Assembly (NCBI GenBank): GCA_963766715.1
Contig: CAVYBH010000017.1
Coordinates: 96,001 to 160,000 of the forward strand
Source of the DNA: an uncultured delta proteobacterium
Lineage (GTDB): Bacteria > Myxococcota > Myxococcia > Myxococcales > Anaeromyxobacteraceae
Reading direction: 5' to 3'
Length of the DNA stretch: 64,000 bases
Positions 57,120-64,000 of this stretch are shown one piece after another. Numbering within the stretch: position 1 is the stretch's first letter; each line of letters opens with the position of its first letter. Below the pieces are notes generated by a model. It saw nothing but the letters and a program-made list of their open reading frames with translations. It was not told the DNA's origin and ran no database searches. A program made the translations under genes and the position numbers.

Positions 57120-58707
57120 TCAGAGCCGGATGCGCCGCACTTCGCGGACGTGGGGAATGGAGCGGAGGGCGTCGAGGACGGCCGAGGGGGGCTCGGAGTC
57201 GACGTTCAGGAGCGACACCGCCGCGGCGCCGGTCGAATCCCGGGAGAGCGAGATGCCGGCGATGTTCACGCCGGCGGCGCCGAGCGACGTGCCGATGTTC
57301 CCCACCACGCCCGGCGAGTCGTCGTTCACGCAGAGGATGATGTGCCCCTCCGGGACCGCCTCGAGGCGGAACTGGTTGACCCGCACGATGCGGAGGTCGC
57401 GGCGGCCGAAGACCGTGCCGGCCACCACCGCCTCCCCGCCCTGCCCGGTCACCGACACGGTCACCAGGCTCGCGTAGTCCTGGTGCCCGGCCACCTGCTC
57501 CTCGCGGACGGTGATCCCGCGCTCCCGCGCGATTCCCGGAGCGCTCACCTCGTTCACCGGCTGCGCCTCGACGTGGGAGAGCATCCCCGAGAGCACGGCG
57601 GCGGTGAGCGGGCGCGGCGAGGCCTCGGCGACGTCGCCGGCGTAGGACACGCGAACCTCCCGGACCCCGCTCGGGCCGATCTGGGCGGCCAGCGAGCCCA
57701 GCTTCCCGGCCGAGCTCCAGGTAGGGTCCGAACCGCTCCAGCGCCTCCCGCGACATCGACGGCACGTTGACCGCGTTCTTCACCTCGCCCCGGGTCAGGA
57801 AGGCCGCCAGCTGCTCGGCGATGCCCACCGCCACGGCGGCCTGGGCCTCCTCGGTGGAGGCCCCCAGGTGCGGCGTGCAGATGAACCCGTCGAGCCGGAG
57901 GAGCGGGTTGTCGGGCGACACCGGCTCCTTCTCGAACACGTCGAGGGCCGCACCGCCCACGTGGCCGGAGGCGAGCGCGTCGGCCAGCGCCTTCTCGTCG
58001 ACCAGCCCCCCGCGCGCGCAGTTCACGAGGAGGACCCCCTTCTTCATCTGCGCGAGGCTCGCCGCGTTCACCACGTTGCGGGTCTTCTCGGTGAGCGGGA
58101 CGTGGAGCGAGATGACGTCGGCCCGCTTCCAGACCTGCTCGAGCGGAACGAGCTCGACGCCCATCAGCGCGGCGGCCTCCTCCGAGACGAACGGGTCGAA
58201 GGCCACCACGCTCATCTTCATGGCGCGGGCCCGGTCGACCACCACCGACCCGATGTTGCCGATCCCCACCACGCCGAGCGTCTTGCCCGCGAGCTCGTGT
58301 CCCTGGAACCGCTTCTTCTCCCACTTCCCGCCCTTCACGCTGGCGGTGGCCTGCGCGATGTGGCGGGACAGGGCGAGCATCATGGCGAGCGCGAGCTCCG
58401 CGACGGTCACCGACGAGCCCCCGGGCGTGTTCATCACCACCACGCCGCGCCGCGTGGCCGCATCCAGGTCGACGTTGTCGACCCCCACCCCGGCCCGCCC
58501 CACCACCCGGAGCCGCGTCGCCTTCTCGAGCACGGCGGCCGTGATCTTGGTGGCGCTGCGGACGGCGATGGCGTCGTAGTCGCCCACCGCAGCCAGCAGC
58601 TCCTCCGGCTTCAGCCCGACCCGGACGTCGACCTCGAGCCCGGCCCGACGGAGGATCTCCACACCCTCGGCGGAGAGGTCGTCGGCGACGAGCACGCGGT
58701 GAGCCAT
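57120..58707 (-). CDS. serA: D-3-phosphoglycerate dehydrogenase (ASB+ACT); one frameshift near 57708
   Basis: VRSATK, RAGVGVDNVD, GIGNIG, NCARGG, PHLGASTEEAQ, ACT NDDSPGVVG. Confidence 0.94.
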
Positions 58708-58741
58708 GAATACTCCCGGGGGACGATGCGGGTGGACCCCG

Positions 58742-58770
58742 GAGTTAACAGGGCACCCGGGAAGCGTCAA
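58742..58770 (-). promoter_or_regulatory. Candidate serA promoter
   Basis: TTGACG-17 nt-TAACTC with an extended -10 TG. Confidence 0.55.
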
Positions 58771-59441
58771 TTCGACGGGATGGGCACGCCCGGAGCCAGG
58801 ATCGCTCCCAGCGCCGCCGACACCACCTGGCGCTTCATCCGCTCGAGCTCCTCCTCGGACGGGTGCGGTGCGGTCAGGAGGCCCGTGACCATGCCGGCCA
58901 GGTTCATGTCGAGGACGCCGAGCACGCTGGCCGCCGCCACCAGCGCGTCGAGGTCGGTGCGGACCTGCCCTTCGCGCTGTCCGCGGACGACCATGTCGGC
59001 GACCAGCCGGATGGCGGTCTCGAAGGTCTGCCGCGTGCTGCCGGCCCGCAGGACGTCCGGCGTGCGAGGCACCTCGAGGATGAGCACCCGGACCGCCGCC
59101 GGCGCGGTGCGGAAGACGTCGAGCGCGAAGCGGATCACCGAGGCGATCTGCTCGGCCGCCGTCCCCGGACCCTCGGCGATGGCCCGGATGGCGCCGATGA
59201 AGAGGGTCCACTGCTCGTCGAAGACGCTCTCGAGCAGCTCGTCCTTGTTCCGGAAGTAGTGGTAGACGAGCCCGTAGGCGACGCCGGCCTGGCTCGCCAC
59301 GTCGGCGATGCGACAGCCGTGGTAGCCCCGCTCGGCGAAGACCTTGAGGGCGGCGTGGAGGATGGCGCGCCGCTTCTCCGGCTCGCCCTCGATGGGCTGG
59401 CTGGCTCGGGTCTCGTCGGTCGGGATTCGCTGGCGGGCCAC
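58767..59441 (-). CDS. TetR/AcrR-family transcriptional regulator
   Basis: ILHAALKVFAERGYHG..IADVASQAGVAYGLVYHYFRNKDELL. Confidence 0.93.
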   Translation of the reverse strand: MARQRIPTDETRASQPIEGEPEKRRAILHAALKVFAERGYHGCRIADVASQAGVAYGLVYHYFRNKDELLESVFDEQWTLFIGAIRAIAEGPGTAAEQIASVIRFALDVFRTAPAAVRVLILEVPRTPDVLRAGSTRQTFETAIRLVADMVVRGQREGQVRTDLDALVAAASVLGVLDMNLAGMVTGLLTAPHPSEEELERMKRQVVSAALGAILAPGVPIPSN

Positions 59442-59445
59442 GTTT

Positions 59446-59494
59446 TTGACTCCAGAATCAACGTCAGGCTACGCGCCCGCGCGGGTCCAGTCAA
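59446..59494 (-). promoter_or_regulatory. TetR promoter with autoregulatory operator candidate
   Basis: TTGACT-17 nt-TAGCCT (59494-59466); imperfect palindrome TTGACTCCAGAATCAA (59446-59461) covers the expected start site. Confidence 0.65.
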
Positions 59495-59514
59495 ACCCTC
59501 CATGGCGGGGTCCC

Positions 59515-62092
59515 TCAAGGGATGAGCGTCAGGCCGGTGATGGCCGACAGGTCGAGCCCGGCCGACACCCCGTAGTACCCGCACTGCGACACCCGGACCT
59601 GGACGAGCGCGCGCCAGCAGTTGCACGGAGAGTCCCAGCTGGCGGTGACGGTGTTCTGCTGCATCGACGGCCCGACCGGCACCGCCGCGCCGCCGCCGCA
59701 AGGCGTGGCGTAGACGGTCCGGACCGAGAAGAGCGTGTCCCACTGCACGTCGAGGCCGCCGACCACGTGCACCTTGAGCGCGGCGGTCCCCTGCCCGAAG
59801 GTCTGGAAGGGGATGGGGCGTGGGTCGAAGAGCGGATCGAGCCCGGCCTTCAGCGTGGCCGAGGCCGCCGACGAGAGGGCCAGGAAGCCGAAGGTCAGCT
59901 TGTCCCCGCGCCCGTCGTGCGCGGCCAGGTCGAACCGGACCTCGGTGAAGCTGTCGAGGAAGCCGGGATCGAGCGAGCCCCAGGTCCCGGTGGCGGGGGT
60001 GGCGCCGAAGGCCAGGAAGCGGGCCAGCAGCAATCCCTCCACCGGTCCCCACGCGGCCGCGCCCCGGACGAAGGTCTCCCCCAGGCGACCGCCGGACAGG
60101 TCGAGGTCCTGGCCGAGATCGAGGTCGAGACGGGTCATCGACGTCGAGTCGGCGCCGGGAGCGACGAGCCGGTTGCGCAGGGACAGGCGCATCTGGTTGA
60201 AGCCGCCCGGGAGGGTGGACGAGAGGGTTCGGAGCGGCAGGCACCCGCCGGAGACGCCGGTGGGAGGGGCGATGCAGGGAGCGCCCGCGAGGACCGGCGC
60301 CGCGTCGCGCTCGTCGTAGGCGTAGGCCGGGAGCGGCGTGCCGGCGATGCCGGTGGAGCCGCGCCACTCGACGCGCGGCTCGATGACGTGCCGGAGCGCG
60401 CTCGGCGCCCTCGCCGAAGGTCCGCGACAGGGAGGTCGAGAGGACGGCCCCGCCGCTCACCCACCCGCTGGCGAGCGAGGGCTGTGCTCCGGCGCCGAAG
60501 AGGTAACCCGCCCCGTTCGCCGCCACCCAGGGCTCGAGCACGGCGAGACCCGCGATCGGCAGCGGCGCGCGCGCCTCGGCACGAGCCCAGGCCCGCGAGG
60601 CGGAGAGTCGCTGCCCCGCCACCCAGACGTCCCCGGGGGGAGGCGCCGGCCCCAGCCAGCCTCGCTCGCCGGGGCCGAGACCGCCCACGCTCTGGTCGGT
60701 GATCCCGGAGATGGGCGCGAAGCGCGCCAGCCCGACCTGGCCGGAGAGTCGCAGCGGGCCGGCCACCTCGAGGGGGAGCAGGGTCGCGGAGATCGCCGGC
60801 AGCCGGTGGAACGAAGGAACGCTTCCCCCGAAGAGCCCGAACGGCACGAGCGGGATCTCCGCCTGTCCCGGCGGGCTCGCCTGGCCCAGGGTGCCGATCT
60901 GCTCGTTGTAGGCGAGGTCGGCCTCGAGCAGGACGTGCGGGAAGGCGTACCCCGCCGCCACGGACGATCGGTGATAGGCCGCGCTGCGCTGCAGGAGGTC
61001 GCCGATGAAGTCCTCGGGCCAGGCCGCGTCGCCCACGAGGAAGGCCTCGGCGTTCACGAAGCCCGTCCCGCCGACGCGGGCGTCGCTGCGCATCGCGAAG
61101 CCCAGGCGGAGGTCGTCGGCCGGCTTCCAGCGGTACGGGAGCGTGTCCTGCTGGAGGAGGAGCTTCGCCTCCCCGTTCACGCCCGGGAGCGGCGCCCAGC
61201 GGAACTGGAGCGCGCCGCCCACGCCCCGGACACCCGGGTCCTGCCCCTTCGAGATCCGGTCGTCGATGGTCGACTGCGAAGGGCCGAAGGCGTAACCGGC
61301 CGTGAAGGTCAGGTCGTAGCTCTCCCCCAGCGTGAGGAAGAAGGGCTCGGCGAGCCACCATCCGGTGCGCGAGCCCACGTCCACCGTCGGGAACAGGAGG
61401 CCGGTCTGCCGGCCGGAGAGGGGCACCTGGAGCCAGGGAAGCGGCAGGATTGGGATGGGATGGTCGATGAAGAGGAAGCGCGGCGTGACGTAGAGCACGG
61501 GCCAGGTGAGGGTCGCGGTCCGCCCGGGCTCGATCTCGGCCTTCTCGGCCCGGATCTCCCAGGAAGGCGCCCCGCCGCAGCAATCGCACAGGGTGAGCCG
61601 GACTCCCTCGGCGGTGAACCGGGTCGCGGCGTCGCCGGCCGGAGCGACGCCCGAGGCGAGATTGGTCCGGATGGTCAGCCGGTTGCGCCCGTCGCGCTCG
61701 GCGTCGGCGATGGTGGCGTCGCGGGAGAGGTCGAGCGGCGTCGACTTGTAGAACGCGACGACGCCGCGGGCCTCCCACGGGCCGTCCATCACGGCGTGCA
61801 CGCCGTCGGCGGCCACCACCCGCCCCGGAGCCGTCAGGAGCACGTCGCCGGTGGCGTCGACCGCCCCGGTGCGCGGGTCGTAGCTTCCGAGGCGCGCGCG
61901 GAGGAGGACGGCTCCCCGCCGCAGCCGCACGCCGTCCTCCAGATGGAATCGCTCGGTGGCGACGTCGTACGTGATGACCCCGGCCTCGACCTCCACCGGG
62001 CCGCCGGGGCCCGGCAGCGAGGCCGACGCGGCCGAGGCCGCGCCCGGATGGAGCAGCAGCAGCGCGACCAGGAGCGCGAAGGACCGCGTCAC
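59515..62092 (-). CDS. lptD: LPS-assembly outer-membrane protein LptD-like; one frameshift near 60403
   Basis: Signal peptide, jellyroll-like N-terminus, TLCDC..PSWEIRA, RQTGLLFP, LRHVIEPRVEW, SPCNCW. Confidence 0.8.
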
Positions 62093-62095
62093 CCG

Positions 62096-63499
62096 CTACT
62101 TGGCCGGAGCCGCCGGGGCCTGGGCGGCAGCGGGGCGATCGAAGTCGAGAGAGAGCGTGTCGCCGTCGATCCGCTGCTGCCAGGAGACCCGCTCCCGGAG
62201 CTGGATCTCGAGGACGTAGCTGCGTCCCGAGCGGACCGGCGTGATCTTGGCCACCGCGGTGGGGAAGAACGAGGTGTCGAGGAAGTTCAGGTCGTTCCGC
62301 AGCGGAACCTGGGTGTTCGGGAACTCGACCCGGACCAGGTTCTCGCGGGGCTCGGAGACGCTGAAGCGCGGTGGATGCTTCGTCCGGACGAACACCCGCG
62401 AGCCCTGGGGGAGCTGCTTGAATCCGACGAACTCGATCTGGTTGGGCCCCGTGGAGGCGATGGCCGGCTTCGGCGCCGGCGCAGGCGTTGCCGCCACCGG
62501 AGCGGGGGCCGGGGCCACGGGAGCCGGGACCGCGCGGAGCGACCGGGCGGGAAGCCGCCGATGCTGCGGCGGCTGCACGCGCCTTTGCCTCGGCAGCGAG
62601 CCTCGCCTCCTCGGCGGCGCGGGCGTCGGCTGCCACGCGCGCGTCCGCTGCCGCCCGGGCTTCGGCGACGGCGCGGGCCTCTGCAGCCGCACGCGCGTCC
62701 GCTGCGGCCCGGGCCTCGATGGCGGCGCGGGTCTCGGCGGCGGCCTTCGCATCGGCGAGGGCGCGGGCTTCCGCGGCCGCGCGGGCTTCCGCTTCGGCGG
62801 CGAGCGCGCGCGCCTCCGCCTCCTTCGCCTGCTGCCTGGCGCGGGCCTGCTCGGCCTCGGCCGCAGTGGCAGCCGCGGCCGTCGTCGCAGCGGCCGTCGT
62901 CGCGGCGGCAGCCGGGGCAGCGGCGGGAGCAGCAGGGGGCGCAGGAGGAGGAGGTGCAGCGGCCGCGACCGGGGCGGGCGCGGGGGCTGCCGCCGCAACC
63001 GGTGCCGCAGCGGCGATCGGGGCAGCCGGCGCAGCCGCCACGGCCGGAGCGGGAGGAGGCGCGGGCGGGGGACGGGCGCGGGCGGAGGCGCAGCCGCCGC
63101 GACCGCAGTACCCGGACGAGGGTCGACCCGGACGACCAGCCGGGTTCCGTTCACCTTCACGTCCGGCGGCTCCACGTCCCCGAGGAAGGTGACGGTGATG
63201 CGCGCGGTGGCGTGCACGCCCTCCCCGAAGGAGATCGCGCTCACTTCCTTCACGGCGCCTGCGCCCGGCGTCTTTCGCGTCACGCCCTCGAAGGTGGCCT
63301 CGGAGAGATCGATCACGAACCGAGGGGGATCGACGAGCGAAAAGGTGGTGAATGACGGGGGGTTCGACGCGCGGATGGTCACCTCCGTCGAGGCGCCTCG
63401 CTCCGCGACCTCGATGCCGGTGACCACGTTGGGCGTCGCCGCCGGCGTCACGGCGGGGGCGAGGATGAGGGCAGCGGAGAGAAGGACAAGCATGCTCAT
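62096..63499 (-). CDS. Exported protein with two AMIN domains separated by a Pro/Ala linker and an Ala-rich repeat helix; two compensating frameshifts near 63075 and 62545
   Basis: Signal peptide; FSLVDPPRFVIDL AMIN motif; C-terminal VRVEFPNT...FLDTSFF AMIN-like domain; the middle is protein-like only in the shifted frame. Confidence 0.75.
   Translation of the reverse strand: MSMLVLLSAALILAPAVTPAATPNVVTGIEVAERGASTEVTIRASNPPSFTTFSLVDPPRFVIDLSEATFEGVTRKTPGAGAVKEVSAISFGEGVHATARITVTFLGDVEPPDVKVNGTRLVVRVDPRPGTAVAAAAPPPAPVPRPRLLPLRPWRLRRLPRSPLRHRLRRQPPRPPRSRPLHLLLLRPLLLPPLPRLPPRRRPLRRRPRLPLRPRPSRPAPGSRRRRRRRARSPPKRKPARPRKPAPSPMRRPPPRPAPPSRPGPQRTRVRLQRPAPSPKPGRQRTRAWQPTPAPPRRRGSLPRQRRVQPPQHRRLPARSLRAVPAPVAPAPAPVAATPAPAPKPAIASTGPNQIEFVGFKQLPQGSRVFVRTKHPPRFSVSEPRENLVRVEFPNTQVPLRNDLNFLDTSFFPTAVAKITPVRSGRSYVLEIQLRERVSWQQRIDGDTLSLDFDRPAAAQAPAAPAK
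62575..62790 (-). repeat. About 12 degenerate 18-bp coding repeats, (E/D)ARAAA-like
   Basis: EARAAA EARALA DAKAAA ETRAAI EARAAA DARAAA EARAVA EARAAA DARVAA DARAAE EARLAA EAKARA. Confidence 0.8.
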
Positions 63500-63571
63500 G
63501 GCGCGCTCCCGTCGGGCGTTTGCGCGAAGATAGCACGCGCCCCAGCAGGGCCAAGAAAGGCTTCCCTGCGC

Positions 63572-64000
63572 CTACATCTCCTCACCCGCGAGCACCTGGC
63601 GGGCCTCTCCGACGAGGTAGAGCGAGCCGGCCACGCAGACGAGCGCACCATCCCCGGCGAGCGCACGGGCGCGGGCGAGCGCCGCGGGGAACGAATCGTG
63701 CTCCTCCACGAGCGCCCCGTGCCGCTCCGCGGCCGCCGCGCAGCTCCTCGGAGCCCGCGCCCGCGGCGAATGCGGCGCCACGAGGTGGATGCGCCGCACC
63801 GCCGGAGCGAGCTCGGCCAGCATTCCCTCGTGATCCTTGTCGGCGAGCACGCCGAAGACCAGCTCGACGGGCCGACCCGGGTGCAGGGCCCGGAGCGCGG
63901 CGGCGAGCGCCGCTGCGCCGTCCGGGTTGTGGGCGCCGTCGAGCAGCACTCCCCCCACCTCCTCCAGGCGCCCCGGCCAGCGCGCGGTCGCGATCCCCTC
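63572..64000 (-). CDS. folC: Folylpolyglutamate synthase, C-terminal part
   Basis: RWPGRLE, LDGAHNPDG, FGVLADKD, AGSLYLVGE. Confidence 0.92.
   Translation of the reverse strand, partial: EGIATARWPGRLEEVGGVLLDGAHNPDGAAALAAALRALHPGRPVELVFGVLADKDHEGMLAELAPAVRRIHLVAPHSPRARAPRSCAAAAERHGALVEEHDSFPAALARARALAGDGALVCVAGSLYLVGEARQVLAGEEM

Noticed and set aside
62575..62790. 18-bp periodic repeats as a CRISPR or non-coding array
   Set aside because: No spacers, variation concentrated at third codon positions, and they lie inside a CDS.

Overview
A very GC-rich chromosomal segment that looks like Myxococcota, most like Anaeromyxobacter, judged from gene content and order (tgl-recO-glyQS, cdnL-ispDF-cysS-uvrBC, folC-AMIN-lptD, divIVA). 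It is almost all core genome: about 52 CDS, mostly on the minus strand. I found no rRNA, tRNA, CRISPR array, prophage or transposase. About 24 single-base frameshifts interrupt genes, including essential ones (polA, purA, serA, pyrD, lptD, ispDF); these are best read as long-read indel errors, so I joined those genes by hand. Main findings: (1) a small FmdB-type zinc-ribbon gene whose apparent stop is probably a selenocysteine UGA, with an fdhF-like SECIS hairpin 11 nt downstream; (2) next to it, an orphan GspE/PilB-type ATPase coupled to a Ycf46-like AAA ATPase and a GNAT; (3) a TetR operator-like palindrome that recurs upstream of two phasin-like genes 34 kb away; (4) a B12 photoreceptor (CarH/LitR-type) divergent from a single SRPBCC gene; (5) two large Cys-containing lipoproteins upstream of polA; (6) many apparently leaderless promoters or promoters lacking T(-7). 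All family calls come from recognising motifs by eye, not from database searches.
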